A stretch of DNA of 64,000 bases from Anaerotignum faecicola (GTDB taxonomy: Bacteria; Bacillota; Clostridia; Lachnospirales; Anaerotignaceae). Position numbers and translations under genes: made by a program. Positions 40,016 through 50,252 of the stretch are shown here, piece after piece. The notes under the pieces were generated by a model, which was not told where the DNA came from, did not search any database, and saw only the letters and a program-made list of their open reading frames with translations. The DNA is taken from the NCBI GenBank assembly GCA_024460105.1, contig JANFXS010000001.1, positions 151,895 through 215,894 on the forward strand. The letters are read 5' to 3'. Numbering within the stretch: position 1 is the stretch's first letter; each line of letters starts with the position of its first letter.

Positions 40016-40522
40016 CTAAATTTTTTCTGATTTGCCTTTCGATATAAATTTATATGTTTCAAATAAGATGCGCCCGCCTTCCGTAATCTCCGCAATTCCG
40101 AAAGTAGGAAAATCCGTTCCCCTCGGCAATGATATGCTTCCCGGATTAAAAACGGCAACCCCCATGCTTTCATCATAAAACGGGCTGTGCGTGTGGCCGA
40201 AAAGAGCGGCGTCAGCCCCGTTTTCCTGAGCTAGAAATATAAGATTTAAAACCCCGTAATTAACCCTTTGCCTGTGCCCGTGAACAAGCAGAAACTTTTT
40301 ACCGCCGATATTCACAGACATTTCAAAGGGAACCTTCCCTGAAAAATCATTATTGCCGGCAACATTATAGAACTTCCTGTCCGGAAAAATCTTTTTTAAA
40401 TTTTCTACGTCTTCAACAACATCCCCCAAATGGATTACATCCTTTATGCCGCCGAACGTTTTTATAACTTCGGCGGCATTATCCAAATACCTGTGGGTGT
40501 CGCTTAATATAAGTATCTTCAT
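40016..40522 (-). CDS. YfcE/MJ0936-family metallophosphoesterase
   Basis: 168 aa. MKILILSDTHRY, GDVVE and GHTH calcineurin-like motifs. Confidence 0.8.
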   Translation of the reverse strand: MKILILSDTHRYLDNAAEVIKTFGGIKDVIHLGDVVEDVENLKKIFPDRKFYNVAGNNDFSGKVPFEMSVNIGGKKFLLVHGHRQRVNYGVLNLIFLAQENGADAALFGHTHSPFYDESMGVAVFNPGSISLPRGTDFPTFGIAEITEGGRILFETYKFISKGKSEKI

Positions 40523-41113
40523 TTAAATTAACCCCTTTAATTTTTCCTTCATGGCCTCAAGCGCCTTTCCCCTGTGGCTGATACTGTTTTTAAGTTCAAC
40601 GTCGATTTCAGAGAGAGTTTTTTCAAACGGCGGATAAAAAAATATCGGATCATAGCCGAACCCGTTTGTCCCCTTCGGCTCATAAGCAATAATTCCCTCG
40701 ACAGTTCCCCTCGCCGTAATAACCTTTCCGTCCGGGAACGCCGCCGCTATGACGCTTACAAATCTTGCCGTCCTCTCCTTCTCATCAACGCCTTCAAGCA
40801 TTTCCAGTATTTTTGCGTTTTTAACCTCATAAGGAGTTTCTTCGCCCATAAATCTTGCGGAATGGACTCCCGGCTTTTTTCCTATGTAATCTATTTCGAG
40901 GCCCGAGTCGTCGCTTATGCTGACGCATCCGCTCGCTTCCATAACGGCTTTAGCCTTAATAATGGCGTTATCCTCGAAAGTTTTCCCGTTCTCGTCTATA
41001 TCAATATCTATACCGGCCTCGGTCATTGTCAATATTTCCGCGTTAAGCTCGCTTAGCATGAGCTTTACCTCTTTAACTTTTCCTGCGTTTTTTGTAGCAA
41101 ATATTATTTTCAT
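40523..41113 (-). CDS. rdgB: Non-canonical purine NTP pyrophosphatase (RdgB/Ham1)
   Basis: 196 aa. ATKNAGKVKE, GFGYDPIF and the SHR motif. Confidence 0.9.
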   Translation of the reverse strand: MKIIFATKNAGKVKEVKLMLSELNAEILTMTEAGIDIDIDENGKTFEDNAIIKAKAVMEASGCVSISDDSGLEIDYIGKKPGVHSARFMGEETPYEVKNAKILEMLEGVDEKERTARFVSVIAAAFPDGKVITARGTVEGIIAYEPKGTNGFGYDPIFFYPPFEKTLSEIDVELKNSISHRGKALEAMKEKLKGLI

Positions 41114-41922
41114 TTTTTCCCTCCGTCTGTCCGCTGTACTATTTTCTCTGACAAAAATCTTTTTCTGTATTTTATTTCCGCATACTCGGCAATTCTTTTC
41201 ATATAAACTGCGTCAAAAAATCCTCCCACGGCCCCTATTACAACAATTCCCTGTATAAATTTCATATATAAAATTTCTTTTGAAATTGATTCGGCGGCTT
41301 TTTTAATTAATTCGTCTACAGGCCGGCTTATTTGACAAATCCCTTTTTCTATACACATATTTATTTCATTGTCAATTTCCTTAAATCCACTTCCGCCTGA
41401 AAACGCCCCCTGTATAATAAGCAGTATAAAACGCCGCTCATCCTCCGTTTCATAATCAAAACCGAAGCTTAAAGCCGTTTCATATATATTTTTAAGCATA
41501 ATCGCCGTAAATACGGGTATATCCGGAACACCTACGCCTATAACGCCCATTCCAACGCCGGACACTCCTGAAATTAATATATTCTTTGCCTTGGCCCTTC
41601 CGGCTCCTTTGGAAAACTCTTTTAGGGTTTTTCTTGTTTTATACACTTCATCCGCATATTCATTTACAAGGAATGTTTTTTTCATTCCGCTTTTATCATA
41701 CGTCTTTTCAATAATTCCTGTCCCTTTTTCAAATACGGCGGAAAAAGCCTTTATAAACGCCGCGTCTAATGTTTCCTGAAGTTTCCGGGGAACCTTGCCT
41801 TCAAACGCCTTATTAATACGCGATTCTTTTCCGTTTATTCTTTTCAACATAAAGCGGCGTTCCTGTTTTTCCAATTTTTTGATTTCAAGCTTAACCTGAT
41901 CTTTCTTTTGAAAAAAAATCAT
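41110..41922 (-). CDS. EcsC-family protein
   Basis: 270 aa. Resembles EcsC domain proteins (N-terminal basic helix, G-rich central region). Moderate certainty. Confidence 0.6.
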   Translation of the reverse strand: MIFFQKKDQVKLEIKKLEKQERRFMLKRINGKESRINKAFEGKVPRKLQETLDAAFIKAFSAVFEKGTGIIEKTYDKSGMKKTFLVNEYADEVYKTRKTLKEFSKGAGRAKAKNILISGVSGVGMGVIGVGVPDIPVFTAIMLKNIYETALSFGFDYETEDERRFILLIIQGAFSGGSGFKEIDNEINMCIEKGICQISRPVDELIKKAAESISKEILYMKFIQGIVVIGAVGGFFDAVYMKRIAEYAEIKYRKRFLSEKIVQRTDGGKK

Positions 41923-42149
41923 TTTCCACCCCCAATTTATAAGACGTTCCCATATAATTTATATAATACCATAAAAATTGCTTTATAATATATTTTTCAT
42001 CAAAAAAATATAAAGAGAAAATCATGTAAATTTACTTGAATAATAATTTTGTTGCCGCAAATACTATTTCCATAGAATTTCAAATGCAAAAACGCCTTAA
42101 TTAAAACAGGCTGCATTTTGCAAATTTCATTCTAGGAGGAATAATATTA

Positions 42150-42695
42150 ATGAAAGCTACAGGTATTGTCAGGAGAATAGATGACCTCGGAAGAGTAGTT
42201 ATTCCTAAGGAAATCAGAAGAACAATGCGTATAAGGGAAGGCGACCCTTTAGAGATATTTACAGACAGGGACGGGGAAATTATATTAAAAAAATATTCGC
42301 CTATAGGCGAACTCGGAACCTTTGCCAAAGAATATGCCGAAAGCCTTGCGCAAACGGCGGGACACATAACGTGCATTATAGATAAAGATCAAATAATTGC
42401 CGTTTCGGGCGGCGGAAAAAAAGAATTTCTTGAAAAACACATCAGCCCTGCTATGGAAAAATGTTTAAGCTCAAGGAATTCCTTAAATGCAAACAGAAAG
42501 GAATCCGCATTCGTGCCAATCCTTGAAGACGACGTTGCCGACGCATATAATTACCAGCTTGTAACTCCCATAATCTCCGAGGGCGACGTACTCGGAGCAG
42601 TCGTATTTTTATCAAAGGATCAAAAAATGGGAGAAGTTGAAGGCAAACTTGCTCAAACGGCCGCGGCATTCCTCGGAAAACAAATGGAACAGTAA
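42150..42695 (+). CDS. spoVT: Stage V sporulation protein T (AbrB-N swapped-hairpin plus GAF domain)
   Basis: 181 aa. MKATGIVRRIDDLGRVVIPKEIRRTMRIREGDPLEIF is the AbrB/SpoVT N-domain. A hairpin with T-run follows at 42842-42870. Confidence 0.85.
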   Translation: MKATGIVRRIDDLGRVVIPKEIRRTMRIREGDPLEIFTDRDGEIILKKYSPIGELGTFAKEYAESLAQTAGHITCIIDKDQIIAVSGGGKKEFLEKHISPAMEKCLSSRNSLNANRKESAFVPILEDDVADAYNYQLVTPIISEGDVLGAVVFLSKDQKMGEVEGKLAQTAAAFLGKQMEQ

Positions 42696-42841
42696 GAAAA
42701 GCGTCGGCTTGGAAATCATTTATAACCTTAAATATTAACTTCAATAAAAATTCCAACATAAAAGCCGCAAATACGCTTCTGAATACAATATATTTTAAGC
42801 ATAATAAGCTGATTTAAGCAAAATAAAAAATCCGCCGTGCT

Positions 42842-42870
42842 GCTTCCCCCTGATACAGGGGGATTTTTAT
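42842..42870 (+). terminator. Rho-independent terminator of spoVT
   Basis: CCCCCTG-atac-CAGGGGG followed by ATTTTTAT. Confidence 0.65.
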
Positions 42871-42968
42871 ATAATTCAATACTACTTGAAATTCCTTTCT
42901 GCTCAGTATAATCGGTAAATACCCGAATTAAATGCGCCTTCACTTTTTAAAAAGATCTTAATACATAC

Positions 42969-43064
42969 TTGCCTTTTCAGATACTTTATGTTAATATACA
43001 TTCAAGATTAATTTTTGGGGTTGAGTTCCGCACATTCCGTCAGAAGTGTCGGGACTCTTTTTTA
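42969..43064 (+). ncRNA. Candidate small RNA: orphan sigma-A-like promoter plus terminator unit
   Basis: TTGCCT (-35), a 17-nt spacer, TAATAT (-10) at 42969-42997. About 25 nt downstream is a GC-rich imperfect hairpin (GAGTTCCGCACA...TGTCGGGACTC) followed by TTTTTTATTG. There is no plus-strand ORF for about 1.4 kb downstream. Confidence 0.35.
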
Positions 43065-43382
43065 TTGTTTTAAGAAAAGAAAATGCTTTATATAAGTTAA
43101 AGCTATGTTTTAATTAACTTATACAGGCTATGCCTTTTTTGAAACCATAAACTCTATCGGCGGCAAAGCCTGTATAATTAAACTTCAATAAATTCCAAAG
43201 CTCCGTTAATTATTATAATTTATCCGCCAGCCTAAACAAGTCAAAACCCTTATAGAGGCCCGTCCATGTGAAATAAACAACTGCATATAGAAAACGATGC
43301 GCAAACCGCCATACATACGGAGCGCCCACTAAGCACGCGTGGACTGCAAAATTCAGCCGGCTCTAAGCCGCCGCTATCAATC

Positions 43383-43577
43383 CTATTTCAGATACTCTTC
43401 CTTGACATACTGGATTGTATTTGGATTTGTAATAAGACAGCTTATCTCTTTTTGTTTAGTCTTGCCGCCGTTAAAAAGCCAGTTTAAAGAACCTATAAAC
43501 AGAAATCTGTCGTCTGCCAGCAGAAGCTTTACATGGGACGGCGGTTCATATTTTTTGACAAAAAAGAAAAATTGCAC
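43383..43577 (-). pseudogene. Remnant of a phospholipase-D/cardiolipin-synthase-family gene (HKD motif fragment)
   Basis: 64-aa ORF with a GTG start. It carries HVKLLLADDRFLFIGSLNW, an H-x-K-x4-D-x6-GS-N PLD signature, with no upstream domains. It sits in about 1.7 kb of AT-rich non-coding DNA. Confidence 0.3.
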
Positions 43578-44434
43578 TGTTCCGTAAAAACGTCAATTCC
43601 TATATCGCTCTTTACAGCGCCGCAAAACATATTATCATATAAATCATACTCGCAAAAATATGAAATAAGCTTCTTAAAACACGCCATACCAACGCCCCCA
43701 TTTACTAAAACTCGACAGCATGGATAATAAATATTTTACAATAACATGCAAAGCTAAACATAAATATCCCGCTGCTCCAGCTATGCGTCCCACTGCTTTC
43801 AGTTGTATTTTAACTTGCAGAACAAATTCAAAAAAAACAAATCGGATAAGCTCCGCTACAAAATCATCCGTTTCAAATAACCTTATATAAAAGCCTGTTT
43901 CGTCATTAAATATATCTTGCTATATTTCCGCTTTATCAGATATATGTAAGCTTTATTGTCATGAAATATATAATTATAATGAACTGAGCTGAATTTTCCT
44001 GCTTTATGCCGCTATTTTACCACAATTTGTCACCCAATGTCCACGTAAAATTTATTACTTCCGTCCGCAGTATTATCGTAGCACGATGATATTATTATAA
44101 AAATTGCAAGCGGGCGTTCATGTATATATTCCTTATTTCCATTACTATACCGATGTCCCTGACACGGCAGTCCCTTTTGAAAAATACGCGCCGTTCTTTT
44201 TTCACTTAATTATTAAATGCATATTCGTCATTTTCTTTTTAAAGCAGTTTTCGAAACAAAATAAAGCTATTGCAATCTATTTACGCCGCGTCTTACGGAG
44301 CCTGAATTTAGCCTTAAATATAATTCGATATATTATGGCAAATTAGATTTATAAACCGTATTCTATAAATAAACTAACAAAACTGAAAATAATATGATAT
44401 ACTTTTATATCATCATTATTAAGGAAGGGATTTT

Positions 44435-45316
44435 ATGTCTAACAAAACAAAAGGAATATTATATATTATAACAGCAGCGTTCTTTTTTGCTCTAATGAAC
44501 ACGTTTGTCCGTCTTTCAGGCGATTTGCCGCCTATGCAGAAATCTTTTTTCAGGAATTTTATAGCTTTTTTTGTGGCGCTGTTCCTGCTTTTAAGAACGG
44601 AAGAAAAATTTTCATTTAAAAAAGAAAATCTGCCGTTTTTTATATTCCGTGCATTTTTTGGCACAATAGGCATATTCTGCAACTACTATGCCATAGACCA
44701 TCTGCTTTTATCCGACGCGACAATGTTGAATAAATTGTCGCCGTTTTTTGCCGTTATTGCATCATACTTTATACTGAAAGAACGCCTTTCTTTATCGCAG
44801 GCGCTTTGTATAATAATAGCCTTTATAGGAAGCCTTTTTATTATAAAGCCCGGCGCCGGCGGACTTTCCGCAAGCTTTCCTTCTTTTATAGGGCTGATAG
44901 GAGGCATTTGCGCCGGAACCGCATATACGTTCGTAAGGCTTTTAAGCAAAAAAGGCGAACGCGGGCCGTTTATAGTATTCTTTTTTTCAGGCTTTTCATG
45001 TTTGGCGTCCATACCGTTTTTTGCATTTAATTTTCACCCAATGACATTATTCCAGATTATTTATCTAATATGCGCCGGCCTTGCCGCTGCCGCCGCTCAA
45101 TTTGCAATAACGGCGGCTTACTCCAACGCCGCTGCAAGTGAAATTTCCATATACGACTACACGCAGGTCATATTCTCGGCGTTACTCGGTTTTATACTGT
45201 TTTCGCAGGTTCCCGATATGTACAGCATTTTAGGGTATATAATAATATGCAGTGTATCAATGTTTAATTTTATTAAAGCAAACAAAAAAACGCGTATATA
45301 CATGAAAAAAGCTTAA
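44435..45316 (+). CDS. EamA/DMT-family transporter
   Basis: 293 aa, about 10 TM helices with duplicated EamA-domain topology. Confidence 0.8.
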   Translation: MSNKTKGILYIITAAFFFALMNTFVRLSGDLPPMQKSFFRNFIAFFVALFLLLRTEEKFSFKKENLPFFIFRAFFGTIGIFCNYYAIDHLLLSDATMLNKLSPFFAVIASYFILKERLSLSQALCIIIAFIGSLFIIKPGAGGLSASFPSFIGLIGGICAGTAYTFVRLLSKKGERGPFIVFFFSGFSCLASIPFFAFNFHPMTLFQIIYLICAGLAAAAAQFAITAAYSNAAASEISIYDYTQVIFSALLGFILFSQVPDMYSILGYIIICSVSMFNFIKANKKTRIYMKKA

Positions 45317-45480
45317 AGTCAAATCTTGTAAAAATTTTATGGCGCAATAAAAACATAAAACGCGCCTTATGCAGTATTTTCTGTATAAGGCGCCTCCATA
45401 TTGCATATTTATTTTAAAAATCCGTCACTAAAGCGGCGTTAGACATTACCCGTAAAGTTTTCAGAATTCTGCCCCGAAGC

Positions 45481-46932
45481 CTAGAGTCTTTTAAACACTT
45501 CCTTAAAAAGCTTCCAGAACTTCTGTACGGAAGATATAGTTACATATTCCCCTACTGTATGTAGATTCCTTATATCGGGTCCGGCTGCAATCATATCAAC
45601 ATATTCCGGGATTTTTTTGCCTATAACTCCACATTCAAGACCTGCATGCAGCACAAGTATTTTTGCCTTTTTACAAAACAACTCCTCATAAACGGAAGAA
45701 AAAAGGTCTATAATCTTTGACTTCGGATTAAATTCCCATTCAGGGCAGTTTGACATTATTTCTGTTGTGCCTCCCATCATTTCCGCAAGACGTATAACTT
45801 TATAATATGTATCCATATATATACTTTCCACCGAACTTCTTGTCATTGTAAGAATAACGGCATTATCGCCTTCCAATCGCACCGTACCAACGCTTACCGA
45901 GCTTTCGACTCCTTCAAGTTCAGCGTGCATCCTTATAATTCCGCACTCCGAAAACATTATAAAATCGTTAATCCTATTTTTTGAATCCTCATTAAGCGTT
46001 GTCCCGTTTCCCTTGATAATTCCAGCTGTTACATATAAACCGGGTTCCGTTGAATAATACTCGGCCTTAAATGCACCCTCCATTTTGTTCACAATGTCAA
46101 CAGTCTTTTTAATATCGTTTTCTCCTACATAGATTACGGCGCTTGCCTCCCTTGGAATAGCATTATATTTAAGCCCTCCGCTTATATCCGAGAGGCTGTA
46201 AGCCACTTCCCTTCCGACTGCCGCCAGTATCCGGTTAAGAAGTTTATTGGCATTTGCCCTTCCTCTGTGAATATCTTCGCCCGAATGACCTCCCATCAAA
46301 CCTTTAACACTTATATGCAAAGCCTTCATACCGTCTACAGCTTTTTCCTTTACTATTGGAATTTCAATCCTTATAACAGGCCCGCCTGCACTCCCGGCTA
46401 TAAATATACCCTCGTCGTCAGCATCAAGATTTACAAGCGTCCTTCCTTTGAGAAGCCCTGTATCAAACGCCTCAGCGCCTGTCATCCCGCGTTCTTCATC
46501 GCTTGTGCATACTATCTCAAGAGGCGGATGGCAAGCCGTTTCGTCAGCAGCCAGCGCAAGAGCAAACGCAATTCCAATGCCGTCATCCGCACCCAAAGTT
46601 GTTTCTTTTGCAATAATTTTATCATCCTCTACTTCAAAACTTATAGGTTCCCTCGTAAAATCGTGAGAAGTCCCTTCATTTTTTTCACAAACCATATCCA
46701 TATGCCCTTGAATTATAACCACAGGCTTGTTTTCATAACCTTTTGTTGCAGGAACCTTTAAAAGGACATTTTTTGCCTCATCCTTGTAATATTCAAAGCC
46801 ATGGCTTTGTGCAAATTGAAACAAATATTCGCATACCATTTCCTCATTGCCTGAATCCCTTGGTATCCTTGTAAGATCTTCAAAATATTTAAAAACAAGT
46901 TTCGGTTCAACATCGTCTAAAATTCTTTCCAT
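45481..46932 (-). CDS. pepD: Aminoacyl-histidine (Xaa-His) dipeptidase, M20C
   Basis: PepD-like N-terminus (FEDLTRIPRDSGNEE, GHMDMV) and M20 metal ligands. Probable start is MERILDD at about 46932 rather than 46962. Confidence 0.8.
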   Translation of the reverse strand: MERILDDVEPKLVFKYFEDLTRIPRDSGNEEMVCEYLFQFAQSHGFEYYKDEAKNVLLKVPATKGYENKPVVIIQGHMDMVCEKNEGTSHDFTREPISFEVEDDKIIAKETTLGADDGIGIAFALALAADETACHPPLEIVCTSDEERGMTGAEAFDTGLLKGRTLVNLDADDEGIFIAGSAGGPVIRIEIPIVKEKAVDGMKALHISVKGLMGGHSGEDIHRGRANANKLLNRILAAVGREVAYSLSDISGGLKYNAIPREASAVIYVGENDIKKTVDIVNKMEGAFKAEYYSTEPGLYVTAGIIKGNGTTLNEDSKNRINDFIMFSECGIIRMHAELEGVESSVSVGTVRLEGDNAVILTMTRSSVESIYMDTYYKVIRLAEMMGGTTEIMSNCPEWEFNPKSKIIDLFSSVYEELFCKKAKILVLHAGLECGVIGKKIPEYVDMIAAGPDIRNLHTVGEYVTISSVQKFWKLFKEVFKRL

Positions 46933-46958
46933 AATAAGTTGCCTCCTAAAAAATAAAA

Positions 46959-48389
46959 TCAAAAAAGGATAACCGTGGCTGCCGCAAGCACAACTATTGT
47001 AGCCACTACTATAAACAACAGGAATTTTCCTACAAACTTAATCCATACAGAATATGGCGTTTTTGTCATAGCAAGCACTCCCATAAGAAGCCCACATGTC
47101 GGCGCTATAAGGGCTATCATTGAATTAGCGGCAGCATACGCTATAACAACAATTTCCCTTCCGACATTCGCAAAGTCCGCCAAAGGAGCCATAATCCCCA
47201 TTGAAAGCGTAGCAAGCGCCGAACTTGACGGCACAAAGAATGAAAGTACTAGATATACAATATATGTAGCCGTTGAAAAAACAACCGTCGATGTACCCGT
47301 TAAAAACTCTTCGCCGGCATGCAGTATGGTATCAGTAATCATAGCGTCGTTCATTAGCACTGTAACTCCCCTTGATACCCCTATAATTATCGCAACCCCC
47401 AGAAGGTCTTTTGCCCCTCCGATAAAAGTATCAATAAAATCTTCCTCACACATCCCTGCTATGACAGCCACGATAATGGACGCTACAAGGAATACTCCGG
47501 AAAGCTCTCCGAACCACCAATGCATTGTAGGTATAAAAGTAATTCCCAGATCTTCCCACGAAAGCACTCCCCAAAGCATAACAAGAAATGAAATAATAAA
47601 TACCGCCATTACAAGTTTCCTTTTAAGCGTAAATTCGGGAAGGACATCATAGTTTGCATTCTTGAGAAAAAATTTCCTGTTCTCCTCAGAATGTTCATAG
47701 ACAAGTGATTTTGTCGGATCTTTACGCACTTTTTCGGCATATCTCATTGTAAATATTATTCCAGCCGGGATATAAATTAAGAGAAGTATTATTCTGATTC
47801 CTATGCCTTCGCCCATAGATATTCCCGCAAAACGGCTTGCAATAGCAACGGCAAACGGGTTTGCAATGGAAGCCATAACCCCAAGCGCCGCGCCCATTTT
47901 AATAACGCTCAATCCAACCAGTGTGTCATACCCTGCCGCAAGCAACACAGGAATTAATACCGGGAAAAACGGAAGCGTTTCTTCCTCAATGCCAAATGCC
48001 GCCCCAGCAAAGCTGAAAACAAGCATGAGTATGGGAATAAGAAGTTTTTCCTGCCCCTTAAGCTTTCTGATAATATGGCCTATAGCCGCGTCTATAGCTC
48101 CCGTTTTCATAACAACCGCCAGAAAACCGCCTATAACCAATGTGTACAGTATAATATCAACAGAATCATAAAAACCGTTAATCGGGGCAAGTATAATTGC
48201 GCCAATCCCCTGTGGATTTGATTCTATGGCATGATATGTGCCTGCTATAGGCTCAAGTTTAGCGGCTGTCGGATCGACATACTCATAAGCCCCTCCAGGC
48301 AACACATACGAAAGTATCGCTACCGCAATCATAATAGCAATAATAATTAAATATGACGATGGCATTTTGAACTTTTTCTTTTCATTCAT
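46959..48389 (-). CDS. YfcC/DcuC-like family membrane transporter, putative peptide or amino-acid carrier
   Basis: 476 aa polytopic membrane protein with YfcC-family architecture. Flanked by two dipeptidase genes. Confidence 0.7.
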   Translation of the reverse strand: MNEKKKFKMPSSYLIIIAIMIAVAILSYVLPGGAYEYVDPTAAKLEPIAGTYHAIESNPQGIGAIILAPINGFYDSVDIILYTLVIGGFLAVVMKTGAIDAAIGHIIRKLKGQEKLLIPILMLVFSFAGAAFGIEEETLPFFPVLIPVLLAAGYDTLVGLSVIKMGAALGVMASIANPFAVAIASRFAGISMGEGIGIRIILLLIYIPAGIIFTMRYAEKVRKDPTKSLVYEHSEENRKFFLKNANYDVLPEFTLKRKLVMAVFIISFLVMLWGVLSWEDLGITFIPTMHWWFGELSGVFLVASIIVAVIAGMCEEDFIDTFIGGAKDLLGVAIIIGVSRGVTVLMNDAMITDTILHAGEEFLTGTSTVVFSTATYIVYLVLSFFVPSSSALATLSMGIMAPLADFANVGREIVVIAYAAANSMIALIAPTCGLLMGVLAMTKTPYSVWIKFVGKFLLFIVVATIVVLAAATVILF

Positions 48390-48448
48390 AATAACACTCT
48401 CCTTAATAACATAAGATAATAAAACTTCAATACCACGCCATATTATTA

Positions 48449-48465
48449 AGCAAATTAAATGCCAA
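48449..48465 (-). promoter_or_regulatory. Sigma-54 (-24/-12) promoter upstream of the yfcC-like/pepD genes
   Basis: Minus strand reads TGGCAT-TTAAT-TTGCT with exact GG-N10-GC spacing, 60-75 nt upstream of the transporter start. Confidence 0.55.
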
Positions 48466-48675
48466 AAAAAAAGCGGCTGCCCGTTCTGCCATAAAGATCC
48501 GCAAATATTATTTTGTTTTTAAATTCTTATTTCGCATTTATTCAAAAAAATTTATTATAAAATATGCTATCCTTTTGTTTTGAGTTATTTTCAACTCGAT
48601 TTTTAAAAAAAATAAGTCAAAATCAACTTATTTTAATCTTGTTTCTAACATATAAGTTGTTTTTGACTCATTTTT

Positions 48676-50064
48676 TTACAATAATCCTAATTCTACTATG
48701 GCATTTGCATAAATCTCCGACATTTTAAGAAGGCTGTCAATCTCTATGAATTCATTAACCCTATGCCAAGCCTGATTTCCACCGGGGAAAATAGCTCCAA
48801 ACGCCGCAACATTAGGAATAACTTTTGAATAACTGCCACTGCCGCTTACCAACGGATCCGTTTTGTCTTTTGTTACCTGCCTATATGCTTTCAAGAGCGC
48901 TTTTATTAAAAAATGTTCCTTTGGAAAGTAAACAGGATCCCAATATGAACATTCAAACTCATCAAAACCGTTGGAATTAAACACCTCTTTCAGCGCATTT
49001 GCCGATTCTTCAAAATCGCATGTGACGGGATACCTTATATCCAGCCTCACGCGGGCTTCCCTTCCATCATAATCAATTATGCCGAAATTTACCGTAAATT
49101 TCCCAGAAAAACCGTCTTCAAAATTCACTCCCAGCTTTTCCCCATATATGTCGAATCCCAAGTAATTGTTTAAAAAAGCAATAAGTTTTCTGACTTTTCC
49201 TTTCCCAAAATGTATGCGGTTTAAAAAGCTTATCAGAGGGCATATGGCGTTAATTCCCATTTCAAGCGCCATACTGTGGGTTTCCATACCGTATGATTCT
49301 ATTATAACGCCGGTTTCTACAATCCTTACAGACATGTTATGCCTTGTTTCGCATGCAAATAAAGACAGCGTATTTACTATTTCCATTTTTCTTTCCGTTT
49401 CAAGGAAAGCTTCGCAGTAACCTGGAACCGTATTTTCACAAGTCCCCCCTTTTATATAAATAATCCTTTCTTCTTCCTCCTGTTCAAAAACCCCTCTGTA
49501 CTCCATCATGGCAAGACCTTTTTCAGCGTAAACCGCCGGAAAATGCCCGTCAAGCGTAAATCCCGCTATAGGAGGTTTTTCCTTTTTAAGATAGTATTTC
49601 ATATCCTCATAATAACGTTCTTCATCGGTTCCTATTATAAACCTGACTTTTTTATTAAGTTTTTTCCCACTGTCTTTAACGGCTTTGAGTGCATAAAGCG
49701 CGGCTATGAGAGGGCCTTTGTTGTCCATTGTCCCTCTGCCGTAAATCTTTCCATCGATAATCCGCCCTTCAAAAGGCGGAACCGCCCACATATCACCTGC
49801 CACACATATATCTACATGCGATATAACGCATACATACAAATCCCCTTCCCCATATTCAATATAACCGCAATATCCGTCAAGCATCTTAACTTTAAAGCCC
49901 ATGCTCTCAGCCAAAGCAAGCACATACTCAAGGGCTTTGTTCATATCCTCGCCAAAAGGCATACCAACAGTTCCCTTTTGTTTAACGCTTGGTATCCTGA
50001 TAAGTTCCTGAAGCGAAAATATCATATTATCTTTTTCATTTTGTATCATTTTTTTCAATGTCAT
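48676..50064 (-). CDS. M20-family dipeptidase (PepV/Sapep-like)
   Basis: 462 aa. IPSVKQ..., ISHVDI.V and GTMDNKGP motifs of M20A dipeptidases. Confidence 0.8.
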   Translation of the reverse strand: MTLKKMIQNEKDNMIFSLQELIRIPSVKQKGTVGMPFGEDMNKALEYVLALAESMGFKVKMLDGYCGYIEYGEGDLYVCVISHVDICVAGDMWAVPPFEGRIIDGKIYGRGTMDNKGPLIAALYALKAVKDSGKKLNKKVRFIIGTDEERYYEDMKYYLKKEKPPIAGFTLDGHFPAVYAEKGLAMMEYRGVFEQEEEERIIYIKGGTCENTVPGYCEAFLETERKMEIVNTLSLFACETRHNMSVRIVETGVIIESYGMETHSMALEMGINAICPLISFLNRIHFGKGKVRKLIAFLNNYLGFDIYGEKLGVNFEDGFSGKFTVNFGIIDYDGREARVRLDIRYPVTCDFEESANALKEVFNSNGFDEFECSYWDPVYFPKEHFLIKALLKAYRQVTKDKTDPLVSGSGSYSKVIPNVAAFGAIFPGGNQAWHRVNEFIEIDSLLKMSEIYANAIVELGLL

Positions 50065-50252
50065 AAATTCATTTCCACCCGCCAGTCAATATAAAATTTA
50101 TATTAACAACAATTATATCAAATACAAACTTTAAGTATATAGTTTAATACAAAATATTTATATTATTAAGCCGCTTTGACTTTATGCAAATAAATATGAT
50201 AAAATAAATTTTTAAAACAGTTGTCACATTTAGTTTTAATGGGGGTGCAATT

